58,944 nucleotides of DNA from Gemmatimonadaceae bacterium (GCA_035760785.1 DASTSH010000160.1:1-58944); one strand, 5' to 3'. Shown: positions 33,172 to 42,219, numbered from the stretch's first letter. Notes: a model not told the origin generated them from the sequence alone. Numbers and translations: made by a program.

Positions 33172-33603
33172 CTATCGCTCCGACGAGATCACCATCCGGA
33201 ACCCGTCCGGGTCCTTCAGCCGGAACGCGCGCTGTCCCCACACGTCCGCGGGCTCCGACTCGAGCACGCCACCGCGCTCCACGATCCGCTTCGCGATCGC
33301 ATCGACGTTCTGCTTCGTCGTGAACCGCAGGGAGAATCCCTCCCCCTTCACGCGATCCGATCCCCTGGCGCCATTGTCCTGGGTGATCAGGATGCGCACA
33401 TCGCCGGCGCTCAGCGCCACGGCGATCAGCTTTCCCTCGCGCTCGTACTCCTGATGTACGGTGAACCCCACCACGTCGCGATACCAGGCGACGCTGCTCC
33501 GGATGTCCTTGACGGTCAGCGACGGGCCGACGGAAGTGGCGCGGAACGGTTCCGGCTGGTCCTGCTCGGTGCCGCCGGCGGGCACGGATGCATTACTGCT
33601 CAT
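33172..33603 (-). CDS. VOC (glyoxalase fold) family protein
   Basis: ORF track 33172..33603. Sequence: SLTVKDIRSSVAWYRDVVGFTV...GQRAFRLKDPDGFRMVI. Confidence 0.85.
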   Translation of the reverse strand: MSSNASVPAGGTEQDQPEPFRATSVGPSLTVKDIRSSVAWYRDVVGFTVHQEYEREGKLIAVALSAGDVRILITQDNGARGSDRVKGEGFSLRFTTKQNVDAIAKRIVERGGVLESEPADVWGQRAFRLKDPDGFRMVISSER

Positions 33604-33657
33604 CGAGTCTCGTGTTCGGGGCTGGTATAGGTTGGGCCTGGTGCGCGGCGACGCGAG

Positions 33658-33813
33658 CTACCGCCCGCGCCGCCCCGACTTCGCCGAAGTCGCCCAGGGC
33701 TTGCCGGTGCGCGTCGCCCGACCTGGCGAACGCTTGGCGGCCGGCATGGTTCCCCGCTTCCGCTCAGTGGTCCCGGGCGTGGATGGGTGCGCGGATCGCT
33801 TCTTCTTTGTCAC
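33658..33813 (-). CDS. 51-aa highly basic small protein
   Basis: Not in the ORF track. GTG at 33813 lies 4 nt after AAGGAGGA and 13 nt after the exbD stop. Sequence: (M)TKKKRSAHPSTPGTTERKRGTMPAAKRSPGRATRTGKPWATSAKSGRRGR. GC3 is about 80% by hand. Confidence 0.45.
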   Translation of the reverse strand: MTKKKRSAHPSTPGTTERKRGTMPAAKRSPGRATRTGKPWATSAKSGRRGR

Positions 33814-33826
33814 GCGTCCTCCTTCG

Positions 33827-34252
33827 TCACCGTGCCGGCGACCGCGCGTCTCGCGGCCGCTCGGCGATCATCCCCACCACACGTACGCCACTCGCCGCCG
33901 CCGTGGCAAGGGCCTCCTGCACGCGCGCGTACTCGAGGTTCCTGTCCGCCCGGAGGAAGAGCACCCGATCGTCCGTCCGCGCGAAGAGCCGTCGCAGCCG
34001 CTCCGGCAGGAGCGCGGTGGACACGGGCCGCTTGTCCAGGTAGTAGCGCCCCTGCGCATCGATCCCCAGCACGTGGTCGGCCGGAGCTTCCGGGTGCGCC
34101 TTCGAGTGGTCCGCCGCCGGCAGCTCGGCTGAGAAGCCGGTGAGAAGTGTGGGCGTGACGACCATCAGGATGATGAGCAGCACCAGGATGACGTCGATCA
34201 TCGGCGTCACGTTGGGCTCCGCTCGTACCGCGGCACTCGCGCTCGCACGCAT
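33827..34252 (-). CDS. exbD: ExbD/TolR family biopolymer transport protein
   Basis: ORF track 33827..34252. NVTPMIDVILVLLIILMV...VLFLRADRNLEYARVQEALATAAASGVRVVGM is canonical ExbD. Confidence 0.85.
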   Translation of the reverse strand: MRASASAAVRAEPNVTPMIDVILVLLIILMVVTPTLLTGFSAELPAADHSKAHPEAPADHVLGIDAQGRYYLDKRPVSTALLPERLRRLFARTDDRVLFLRADRNLEYARVQEALATAAASGVRVVGMIAERPRDARSPAR

Positions 34253-34358
34253 GGAGCAGCTCCAGGGTGAGGGTCACCACCAGAGTGCATCCGCGACGTG
34301 ATCGGGCGGTGACGCCTCGATTAGCGATGCGTGAACGGCGCGTGAGGAGTTCCCGACG

Positions 34359-35054
34359 TCAGGCGGCGTGCCGGAGCCGCTCGACGATGGCCGCCACGTG
34401 GAGCGCCGTGGTGTCGAGCGCCGGCAGGCCGCCGATCTCCGGCGTGGCGATGAGCAGCGGCAGCTCGGTGCCGCCGAGAACGACGCCGTCGATGTGCTCC
34501 TCCCCGCGCAGCCGCTCCACGAGCGCCGTGATCTCGTTCCGCGTCTCCTCCCGGAACTGCCCCCGGAGCAGCTCTCCCACGTATCGCTCGTGAAGCCACG
34601 CGCGATCGGCCGCGCTGGGGGTCACGACGGCGATGCCGCGTCGCGCGAGCACCTCGGGGTAGAAGGGCGCCTCCATCGTGAACCGCGTGCCGAGCAGCGC
34701 CAGCCGCCGCAGTCCGCGCCGATGCGCCTCGTGCGCGCACACCTCGACGATGCTCACCAGCGGCACGGGGGAGCGCTCCTTCAGCTCGTCGAACACGATG
34801 TGAGGCGTGTTGGCGGTGAGCGCGGCGAAGTCCGCTCCAGCGCCCGCGAGCCGATCGAGCGATGCCAGGAGGTACTCCACCAGCGCCGGGCGGTCGCGTT
34901 CCACGAGGCGCAGCCCCAGCCGCACGTCCAGGCTGTCGATGACGATCGACGGCGCGGTGGACGGCTCCACCCGCTCCCACGCCTCGAGGATGCGGCGGTA
35001 GTAGTCGATCGTGGACTCCGGACCGAGTCCGCCGACGAGCCCCACTGTGGTCAC
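34359..35054 (-). CDS. aspartate/glutamate racemase family protein
   Basis: ORF track 34359..35054. Sequence: VGLVGGLGPESTIDYYRRI ... TANTPH ... VVLGGTELPLL. Confidence 0.9.
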   Translation of the reverse strand: MTTVGLVGGLGPESTIDYYRRILEAWERVEPSTAPSIVIDSLDVRLGLRLVERDRPALVEYLLASLDRLAGAGADFAALTANTPHIVFDELKERSPVPLVSIVEVCAHEAHRRGLRRLALLGTRFTMEAPFYPEVLARRGIAVVTPSAADRAWLHERYVGELLRGQFREETRNEITALVERLRGEEHIDGVVLGGTELPLLIATPEIGGLPALDTTALHVAAIVERLRHAA

Positions 35055-35085
35055 GTGATGCGTCTCCTCCGACGGCGCTTGCCCT

Positions 35086-35565
35086 TCAGAAGGTGATCGA
35101 TGTGCCGGCCGGCTGGAACGCGAAGCCGAGCGCCGCGAGCTCTCGGAGCTCGTCCGCGGTGGCTCGCAGCACCCCTTCCTGCTCGTGCGTCACGACCCCG
35201 AGCATCAGCTCGCCCTGCCGGTAGACGGTCGGGTCCTCCAGCCATCCGCGAGGATCCACCGCATGCGTGAACAGCCCCTGCGGCATGAACGCCCGGAGCA
35301 GCGTTTCCGTGTCGTCGACCAGCCGCCAGAGCCGGACCGTCCGCGTCGTTTCCCCCGGCGCACGCGAGAGCACGCGGCGCCGCGCCTCACCGAGGAGCGA
35401 CGGGGCGAACACATCCTCGAATCGGTCCGCGATGGGCGCGGGCTCGCCCGCCTCGCAGAACACGCGAAGGCTCAGCTCGGAGCCGCCGTGCTCCGCGCAC
35501 CAGCGCAGCAGGCGCCACGATGCATCTGGGGACAGCGAATCCGGAGTGAAGTAACTCGTCTGCAT
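35086..35565 (-). CDS. hypothetical protein
   Basis: ORF track 35086..35565. Soluble. No family recognised. Confidence 0.65.
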   Translation of the reverse strand: MQTSYFTPDSLSPDASWRLLRWCAEHGGSELSLRVFCEAGEPAPIADRFEDVFAPSLLGEARRRVLSRAPGETTRTVRLWRLVDDTETLLRAFMPQGLFTHAVDPRGWLEDPTVYRQGELMLGVVTHEQEGVLRATADELRELAALGFAFQPAGTSITF

Positions 35566-35575
35566 GGCGTCCGCG

Positions 35576-35968
35576 TCACTGCACGGCGTTCACGATGTCG
35601 ATCACGTACGTCGAGGCGAACGCGCCCGCCAGGTACGCCAGCACCGTGGCGGCGAGGACCGCCGCGGCGTGCCACACCGTGCTCGTGCGCTTCCGGACAG
35701 CCAGCAGATACGCCACGACGGCGCCTGCCGTCGCCGGCAGGCCGGGCACGAGCAGGAAGCTCAGGATCCAGCGCTCCCAGGAGACGTAGTCCGGCGGGAA
35801 CAGGGATGCCGCCCACCACGCGAGCGAGATCGTGCCGCCAAGCACCGCTACCACCCACACCCAGATGAGCGGGAGCCAGGCACCACGGCGAGCGAGTACG
35901 AGCGCCACACTCGCGAAAGCGAGAACGAGGAGCGGCATTCCCGCGAGAACGAGGTCGAATCGGCTCAT
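35576..35968 (-). CDS. membrane protein (4 TM)
   Basis: ORF track 35576..35968. It has four clear hydrophobic helices. Confidence 0.65.
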   Translation of the reverse strand: MSRFDLVLAGMPLLVLAFASVALVLARRGAWLPLIWVWVVAVLGGTISLAWWAASLFPPDYVSWERWILSFLLVPGLPATAGAVVAYLLAVRKRTSTVWHAAAVLAATVLAYLAGAFASTYVIDIVNAVQ

Positions 35969-36032
35969 GCGCGTGTGACGACGGCGTGGGACCGCGGGTC
36001 GCAGGCGCTCGACCCCGACGCGATGCCGCGCA

Positions 36033-36536
36033 CTACAGCTCCTTTTCCAGGCACACGCTCGTCGCCGACGACGCCGAGTACTCGCCGTACGCCGGGATGT
36101 CGGTGAACCCCGCGCGCCGGTAGAGCGCGAGCGCCTCCGCCTGACGGGTGCCCGTTTCGAGCACGAGCCGCCGGAGCCCGAGCGCCCGCGCCTCGTCCTC
36201 GAGGCGCGTCAGCAGCGCCCACCCGATCCCGTGCCCCCTGGCCTCGGGCGCGACGTACATGCGCTTGAGCTCTCCGACGTCCGGCCCGAGCTCGCGCACC
36301 AGCGAGGCCTCGCCGAGCCGGCGCACCGCGCCGCACCCCACCGGCCGCCCGTCCAGACGCGCGACGAGGAACGCGCCGGCGCCGGGAGCGACCTCGCTCG
36401 GGTCGAGGCGGAAGTGCGTGGCCCCCGGCTCCGGGTAGCGGGCGGAGAGCTCGGCGTTCAACGCGGTGATCAGCTCGGCGGCCACGGGGCTGGTGAGCGG
36501 CTCGGAGGCGATGTCGAGGTCCTTCATCATGGCCAT
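36033..36536 (-). CDS. GNAT family N-acetyltransferase
   Basis: ATG at 36536 inside ORF 36033..36890. Motifs: MYVAPEARGHGIGWALLTRLEDEARALG and ALALYRRAGF. Confidence 0.85.
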   Translation of the reverse strand: MAMMKDLDIASEPLTSPVAAELITALNAELSARYPEPGATHFRLDPSEVAPGAGAFLVARLDGRPVGCGAVRRLGEASLVRELGPDVGELKRMYVAPEARGHGIGWALLTRLEDEARALGLRRLVLETGTRQAEALALYRRAGFTDIPAYGEYSASSATSVCLEKEL

Positions 36537-36655
36537 GAAGATGCAGCCCGGTCTCGCCGATGGCCAGCGCGTTCCGCGCTCCGCTCCGAGGTACTCGTCA
36601 GGCGCGGCCGCGACGGGATCATGCCCGCTCGCGTGGCGCCGGCTCGCGCCGCGGT

Positions 36656-37015
36656 TCACCGCGCGTAGTGGTCGGCCCCGAGAAAGTGCAGCGACACGTA
36701 CGGCTCGTCGCCCACCACCCAACTGTCGTGCGGCTCGGGCGGGATGTAGAACAGCTCCCCCGGGCGCAGCTCGAAGACGCGACCGTCGTCGAACGCCGCC
36801 GTCGCCGTACCGGAGAGTACCATGCCGACGTGCTCCACCGAGCAGCGCGTCCGAGCGAGCGCGGGTCCCACGTGCTGCGACCACCGCCAACCGGGCTCGT
36901 AGGTGGCTCGGCCGATGGTCATGCCGCCCAGGTGCACCAGCTCGAAGCGTCCCTTCACCAGCTCGCGCACCTCGTCGGGGCGCTCGAAGCGCTTCAGGAT
37001 GACGTCAGTCTGCAC
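36656..37015 (-). CDS. cupin domain protein
   Basis: Frame of ORF 36656..37501. GTG at 37015 follows GGAG. Sequence: EHVGMVLSGTATAAFDDGRVFELRPGELFYIPPEPHDSWVVG. Confidence 0.75.
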   Translation of the reverse strand: MQTDVILKRFERPDEVRELVKGRFELVHLGGMTIGRATYEPGWRWSQHVGPALARTRCSVEHVGMVLSGTATAAFDDGRVFELRPGELFYIPPEPHDSWVVGDEPYVSLHFLGADHYAR

Positions 37016-37062
37016 CAGAGTCTCCGTGTGTCGTGGTGGACGAGCCGCCGGGCGACCGCGGC

Positions 37063-37587
37063 TCACCGGTCCATCACCGGAAGATACGCGCGCCACGGTC
37101 CCACCGCGCCCCGGTACTGCTTCGCCATCACCCGCGCCGTCTGCGCGATGTGTCCGAGGTCGTGCGCGACCCACGTCGCGAGCAGTTGGCGCAGCGTGAC
37201 CCGCCCGAGCTCCGGGTGCTCCCCCTCGAGCGCGAGCTGGGCATCGGTGAGCCGCCACCCGGCGAGCGTCGCCAGGTTGTCGGCGCGCAGGCGGGCGAAT
37301 TCGTCGAGCAGATCGCCGAGCGACTTCCCCTCGCTCTCGCGGAACTGCGCGAAGCGGTCGAAGGGGGTGAAGCGGCGGCTCGCGCCCTGGTCGAGGATGA
37401 TCCGCGCCCGCGGGATCCAGTCCGTCCGCTCCCCGTGGATCAGGTGGCCCATGATGTCGTACGGGGTCCAGGTCTCGGGACCCTCGTTCGCCGTCGTCCA
37501 CGCGTCGGGGAGGGCGGCAAGCATCGCGCGCATGACGGCCGGCGTACGCTCGAGCACCACGATTCCTGTCGTCAGATCGAATTCCAT
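37063..37587 (-). CDS. DinB family protein
   Basis: ATG at 37587 inside ORF 37063..38052. Sequence: YDIMGHLIHGERTDW ... ATWVAHDLGHIAQ. The start overlaps the upstream stop by 1 nt (TGATG). Confidence 0.85.
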   Translation of the reverse strand: MEFDLTTGIVVLERTPAVMRAMLAALPDAWTTANEGPETWTPYDIMGHLIHGERTDWIPRARIILDQGASRRFTPFDRFAQFRESEGKSLGDLLDEFARLRADNLATLAGWRLTDAQLALEGEHPELGRVTLRQLLATWVAHDLGHIAQTARVMAKQYRGAVGPWRAYLPVMDR

Positions 37588-37919
37588 CAGTCCAGCTCCA
37601 CGTCGTATTCCGCCCGGGCGCGCTCGGCCGGGATCACCGTGATTCGCGGTGGTCCGTCGTTGCGCGGGGTGCGATAGGGATGGCTGCGCTCCCAGAGCCG
37701 GCCGTCGAGCGGATCGCGGTAGAGCGTTCGCGATCCATCGGCGCTCGCGCCGAGTCGCACCAGGTGCTCCGTGGTCAGACGGTCGATCCTCGCGGTCACC
37801 GCATCGCCCTCGATCCGGTTGCCCGTGTCGAGCCACTGGCCCACCAGATCGGTCTCGTCGGGGCGGAGCACGTCGCGATCGCGCGGGTCCATCTGTCGCT
37901 CCGCCGCGCCCTGGGTCAC
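37587..37919 (-). CDS. hypothetical protein, Imm27-like immunity-protein fold (tentative)
   Basis: ORF track 37587..37919. LYRDPLDGRLWERSHPYRTPRNDGPPRITVI resembles the conserved WE and GGPP region I remember for Imm27-type proteins. Confidence 0.55.
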   Translation of the reverse strand: MTQGAAERQMDPRDRDVLRPDETDLVGQWLDTGNRIEGDAVTARIDRLTTEHLVRLGASADGSRTLYRDPLDGRLWERSHPYRTPRNDGPPRITVIPAERARAEYDVELD

Positions 37920-38389
37920 CCTCGCGCGCTCCGGCTCCCCTCGAGGAGCGCGGCGAGCTTGTCGAGCGCCATGCGCCAGCCCGTCTCGTTGTCGGCGGGG
38001 GAGAGGCCCGGAGGAAGGTGGTCGTGCACGGCGAGAATGTCCGTGCCGCCATCCGCGTCGGCGAGCGTGATCGTCATGGTCATCTCCCCCTGCATCGCGG
38101 GATCCGCCGTCTCGAACTCGAGCACCTCCACCACCCGCTCATCCGGCACGAGCGTCACGAAGCGGCCGTGATAGGTGTCCGTGTGCGCGGTCGTCTTGCC
38201 CGTGCCGGTGGGCGCGTCGTACGTGAGCGAGATGCGGAACGCGCCGCCCTCGCGGGGCTCGAACTGGTGCACGTGGCTGGTCATGCCGACGGGCACCATC
38301 CACGTCGCGACCGCGCGCGCGTCGCAGAATGCGCGATAGACCGCCGCGCGGGGCGCGTTCACGTGGCGGGTGATGCGGGTCGAGGTCAT
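37916..38389 (-). CDS. SRPBCC (AHSA1/START-like) domain protein
   Basis: ORF track 37916..38389. ITRHVNAPRAAVYRAFCDARAVATWM ... GWRMALDKLAALLE is typical of the family. Confidence 0.85.
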   Translation of the reverse strand: MTSTRITRHVNAPRAAVYRAFCDARAVATWMVPVGMTSHVHQFEPREGGAFRISLTYDAPTGTGKTTAHTDTYHGRFVTLVPDERVVEVLEFETADPAMQGEMTMTITLADADGGTDILAVHDHLPPGLSPADNETGWRMALDKLAALLEGSRSARG

Positions 38390-38574
38390 CGGACGGTCGT
38401 GTCGATCCCGTGCAGGAAGCCACGCAGGCTCCTCATTGGTCGCACCGGGATGAGCTCGATCCGGTTCTCGTAGGCCGACACCTCGAATTTCTGTCCGGGC
38501 TCGAGCCCGAGCCGTTCGCGGATCTCGCGCGGGATCACGATTTGGAATTCAGGAGAGACCGTCACCACGTCCAT
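38386..38574 (-). CDS. AbrB/MazE/SpoVT-type DNA-binding protein (antitoxin-like)
   Basis: ATG at 38574 inside ORF 38386..39024. Sequence: MDVVTVSPEFQIVIPREIRERLGLEPGQKFEVSAYENRIELIPV. It overlaps the SRPBCC start by 4 nt. No PIN/MazF-type partner is present. Confidence 0.8.
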   Translation of the reverse strand: MDVVTVSPEFQIVIPREIRERLGLEPGQKFEVSAYENRIELIPVRPMRSLRGFLHGIDTTVR

Positions 38575-38728
38575 GGCGCCCTCGAATGGAAGGGAGAAAT
38601 CTCCACATGACAGAAAACTATCGCCAGAGCTCCCGACGGACAGAGGCCCGTCGGCGACTCGGATCGCGATGTGACGCTCCGCTGACGCTGCCGGCGGAGC
38701 TTCGGGCATCCCATTCGGAGCTCGACAC

Positions 38729-39238
38729 ATGCCATACACGCTGTGGAGCCGCAACCGGCTGCTGGGGGAGACCGATCTCGGCTTCGTGTTCCGCCTGGAC
38801 GGCTTTCGCTGCGGGTGGTTCCACCCGACGGAGATCGGGAATCGGCTCATGCCCGTGATCACCGGCGTGGCCCCTGCGCTGCGCGCCAGGTGGGCGCTCG
38901 GCCCCGACGCGACCACCGAGGCCGATGTGCTCTCCGCCCTGGACCAGCGCGACGCCCTCGAGCTGGAGCTGCGCGGCCCGGACGGCGCGCCGATCGCGAC
39001 CGAGCACATCGACATCGTCGACACGCACTACCTGCTGGAGCTCGCGAGGAGCGCGCCGGAGCCGGAGGAGGTGCCCGACGAGTTCGACCTCGACGATGAA
39101 TCCGACGTGCAGGCACTGCTCGAGGGGCGGCAGCCGGATGACGAACTCCCCGAGCTCGATGCATCGTGGGACGAGGAGGTGGAGCACCCGCGCTACCAGG
39201 TCCAGCTACGTCTCGTGCATCACGACGCGATCCCGTGA
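38729..39238 (+). CDS. hypothetical protein with acidic C-terminal half
   Basis: ORF track 38729..39238. It is one of only two plus-strand genes in the right 45 kb. No family recognised. Confidence 0.65.
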   Translation: MPYTLWSRNRLLGETDLGFVFRLDGFRCGWFHPTEIGNRLMPVITGVAPALRARWALGPDATTEADVLSALDQRDALELELRGPDGAPIATEHIDIVDTHYLLELARSAPEPEEVPDEFDLDDESDVQALLEGRQPDDELPELDASWDEEVEHPRYQVQLRLVHHDAIP

Positions 39239-39350
39239 TCGGGCGATCGGCGGCGGGTCGGCGTCACCGACGTTCGCGCGGCGGACTCGGTCATCCGATC
39301 CATGGAAGACTTGGGGTACCGGCAGCGCGCGGCGGGCGGCCTCGGCGGGG

Positions 39351-39764
39351 CTACGCCATGCCGCGCTCGCGGAGCAGCATCCACGACGTGCCGAACCGGT
39401 CGCGCAGCATCGCGAACCGGTGGGCGAAGAACGTCTCCTCCAGCGGCATGAAGATCTGTCCGCCCTCCGAGAGCAGAGCGTACACGCGCTCCGCCTCCTC
39501 GTTGCTGTCCAGGAGGAGCGAGAGGTAGGCGCTGCGCATCGGCTGGAAGCGGTCGGGCGGGACGTCAGCGCCGAGGACGGTGGTGCCGCCGATCTCGATG
39601 CGCGCATGGAGCACGGCGTCGCGCCACTCTGGCGGAACGTTCTGCGCGTTGGGCTGCTCGGCGTGCGTCGCGAGCATGGTGATCTTCCCGCCGAGGTGCT
39701 CGGCGTAGAACTCGAACGCCTGGCGGCAGTTGCCGCCGTAGTTGAGATAGGTATAGAGCTTCAT
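39351..39764 (-). CDS. VOC family protein, PhnB-like
   Basis: ATG at 39764 follows GAGGAG. Sequence: MKLYTYLNYGGNCRQAFEFYAEHLGG ... FFAHRFAMLRDRFGTSWML. Confidence 0.85.
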   Translation of the reverse strand: MKLYTYLNYGGNCRQAFEFYAEHLGGKITMLATHAEQPNAQNVPPEWRDAVLHARIEIGGTTVLGADVPPDRFQPMRSAYLSLLLDSNEEAERVYALLSEGGQIFMPLEETFFAHRFAMLRDRFGTSWMLLRERGMA

Positions 39765-40327
39765 CGCAATCTCCTCATGTCGTGAACGACCGCGCGGTAC
39801 GATGTCTCTGCCAGAACGCGCGAATGGCGCGCACCGCGCTCGGACGCGGGGAGCGCCGCACCTCCTGCCGGCCCGCATCTGACGACCGCGCCCGTGTATT
39901 GCCACGAGGCCCAGTCGGTGCGGTGCCAATGGTACTCGTTCGGCCCGAACATGACGAGATCCCAGACCACCGGCTCGCCCTTGGCGGTGAGCCGCGTCTC
40001 GCCCAGGATCGCCCCGCGCAGGCGCGACGGCGTGAGACTGAGCACGACGTACGTCGCGGTCCACCCCGTGTCCGGCGGGTTCGGCGGCATCGCGATCGTC
40101 ATCCGCTCACGGTCCGGCGAGAACGTGATCACGTGCGCGCTGTCGTCACAGCGATGCGCGCGCGTCGACCAGTCCCAGCGACCAGCCAGGTGGCTGGGGA
40201 GGTCGCGATCGGGAAACGAGTAGTCCGTGTGGTGGCTCAGCGACCAGATTCCGAGCACCACGAGAATCACGAAGCCACCGGCCAGCGCGCCGGCGATCCA
40301 CAGCACGATCTGGAAGAGCTTCTTCAT
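39761..40327 (-). CDS. membrane-anchored hypothetical protein
   Basis: ATG at 40327 inside ORF 39761..40426. The anchor is MKKLFQIVLWIAGALAGGFVILVVLGIW. It overlaps the PhnB-like start by 4 nt. Confidence 0.6.
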   Translation of the reverse strand: MKKLFQIVLWIAGALAGGFVILVVLGIWSLSHHTDYSFPDRDLPSHLAGRWDWSTRAHRCDDSAHVITFSPDRERMTIAMPPNPPDTGWTATYVVLSLTPSRLRGAILGETRLTAKGEPVVWDLVMFGPNEYHWHRTDWASWQYTGAVVRCGPAGGAALPASERGARHSRVLAETSYRAVVHDMRRLR

Positions 40328-40422
40328 CGGCCATCTCGGTGGGGGTCGGATCGTCCGCCTGACGCTGTCGTCATTCGCCGTGCGAGCGCGCGAAGAGCGG
40401 GTTCGCACTCGCCCGTGCCGCC

Positions 40423-40761
40423 TCAATCCTGGAGATTTTCCTGGATGAACCTCGGACTGAGATGGACGTCGAGTTGCACGAGCGGGCCGTCACCGATGCA
40501 CTTGAAGCTGTGTACCTCCCCCGCCTTGATCACCAGGATGTCGCCGGCGCTCGCCTCGAACTCCTCGCCGTTCACCACATAGCGTCCGCGTCCTTCGCGA
40601 ATGAACTGTACCTCGTCGTACGGATGACGGTGCGGCCCGGGGCCGCTTCCCGGCTGACCGTTGAAGAGAAAGACCGAGACTCCGACATCGCCGTTGTCGG
40701 CGCCGACGAAATTGTGCGAGCTCCCGCGAAACGGCAGCTCCTCCTGGCGAATCTTGTACAT
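40423..40761 (-). CDS. cupin domain protein
   Basis: ORF track 40423..40761. Sequence: GPHRHPYDEVQFIREGRGRYVVNGEEFEASAGDILVIKAGEVHSF. Confidence 0.8.
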   Translation of the reverse strand: MYKIRQEELPFRGSSHNFVGADNGDVGVSVFLFNGQPGSGPGPHRHPYDEVQFIREGRGRYVVNGEEFEASAGDILVIKAGEVHSFKCIGDGPLVQLDVHLSPRFIQENLQD

Positions 40762-40808
40762 TCGATCGACACCCCTCGGTGGTTGACGTCACGGCGATCG
40801 GTGAACGC

Positions 40809-41606
40809 TCACGATGTCGGCCGTGTGCCCTGACGTCGTGCCCGGCGCTGGACCTGAAACAGGATGGGCCACCGCTTCCCGGTCAGCAACAACTGGCGGC
40901 CGTCCGGCGCGAGCGCGATGCCGTTCATGACGTCCGCCGTGACAGGGCGGTCCGGATACAGCTCAGTGAGGTCGATCGCCTCACGCACGATTCCCGTGGC
41001 CGGATCGATCCGCACCACCCAGTTGGACTGGTAGACGTTGGCGAGCAGCTCACCGTCCGCGTACTCCAGTTCATTCAACTGGTAGAGGGGAGCGTCCTGA
41101 TAACGGACGTGAATCACGCGCTGCACCTGAAAGGTCGCCGGCGACAGCACGCGTAGCGAATCGGAGCCATCGCTCATGATCAGGCTCGTTCCGTCGGTCG
41201 CGAGCCCCCACCCCTCTCCAGCGTAGTGGAACGAGTCGCCCGGAGCGAGCGTGGCCGCATCGTACGTGTACGCCACACCGGCCTTCCAGGTGAGCTGGTA
41301 CAGGCGGCCCTTCAGCAACGCGAGCCCTTCACCGAACCGGTTCGACGACAGCGCCCTCGATGCCAGCACGCGCCCCGAGCGGAGATCGACGCGGCGCAGC
41401 TCCGAATGGCCGTACAGCCCGATGCTCTCGAACAGGGTGCTGTCCGCCCACAGCAGTCCCTCCGTGAAGGCTGCCGGATCGTGGGGATAGCGGGCCGTCA
41501 CCAGGTAATCGGAGGGCCCGCGGCGCTCGACGTCCCGGCATGCGGCGAGCGCGAGACTCGCCAGGAGCACGGAGAGCGAGGCGACGGACGCGCGGCTCTG
41601 GCGCAC
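40809..41606 (-). CDS. glutaminyl-peptide cyclotransferase (beta-propeller type)
   Basis: Frame of ORF 40809..41756, with GTG at 41606 and lipobox LASLALAAC. Sequence: FTEGLLWADSTLFESIGLYGHSELRRVDL ... GEGWGLATDG ... LNELEY...LANVYQSNWVVRIDPATG. Confidence 0.85.
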   Translation of the reverse strand: MRQSRASVASLSVLLASLALAACRDVERRGPSDYLVTARYPHDPAAFTEGLLWADSTLFESIGLYGHSELRRVDLRSGRVLASRALSSNRFGEGLALLKGRLYQLTWKAGVAYTYDAATLAPGDSFHYAGEGWGLATDGTSLIMSDGSDSLRVLSPATFQVQRVIHVRYQDAPLYQLNELEYADGELLANVYQSNWVVRIDPATGIVREAIDLTELYPDRPVTADVMNGIALAPDGRQLLLTGKRWPILFQVQRRARRQGTRPTS

Positions 41607-41607
41607 G

Positions 41608-42186
41608 TCAGCCCCCCGCCTCCGCGATCCTCGACAGCGGTTTGCGCCACACCTGGAGCCCCGCATCGACCGCCGCGAGCTCGAAGCCGAGGCGCTGTGG
41701 CACCCGCGCACTCGCGACGTTCGCTTCATCACACCGGATCTCCACGTGCGCGACACCGGGGAGCGACTGGGCGACGGCGATCATCGCGCTCGCCGCCTCC
41801 AGCGCCAATCCCTGCCCCGTCACGGTGGCATCGAGCCAGTAGCCGATCTCGACACGGTCGGCGTTCTCGGCGAACGGCACGCGGCCGTGCGCCGCGCGCG
41901 GAAAGAGATCGACCTCGCCGAGCAGGCGAGCCCCATCCGGCGTCAGCAGCACGTAACGCCACGCGCGGTTGGTTGCGAAGTCGGCGGCGAAGCCCGCGAG
42001 GCGCTCCGCGAGCGCGGGAAGCGGCACCGGCGTGCTGACGTGCGGCGGAATCCACGGCCCCAAGTGCTCGACGTTCGCCTGGAGCACCGGCAGCAGTGCG
42101 GGCGCATCCTCCTCCGCCCACGGCCGGAACAGGAGGCGCGCGGTTCGCAGCGTGCGAGGTACGGGGACGTCCATCTCCGGCGGCAT
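41608..42186 (-). CDS. GNAT family N-acetyltransferase (RimJ/RimL-like)
   Basis: ORF track 41608..42186. Sequence: RTARLLFRPWAEEDAPAL ... EIGYWLDATVTGQGLALEA ... NVASARVPQRLGF. Confidence 0.85.
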   Translation of the reverse strand: MPPEMDVPVPRTLRTARLLFRPWAEEDAPALLPVLQANVEHLGPWIPPHVSTPVPLPALAERLAGFAADFATNRAWRYVLLTPDGARLLGEVDLFPRAAHGRVPFAENADRVEIGYWLDATVTGQGLALEAASAMIAVAQSLPGVAHVEIRCDEANVASARVPQRLGFELAAVDAGLQVWRKPLSRIAEAGG

Positions 42187-42219
42187 GATCGTGTTCTCGA
42201 GCGAGTGTTCGAGGCGCCG

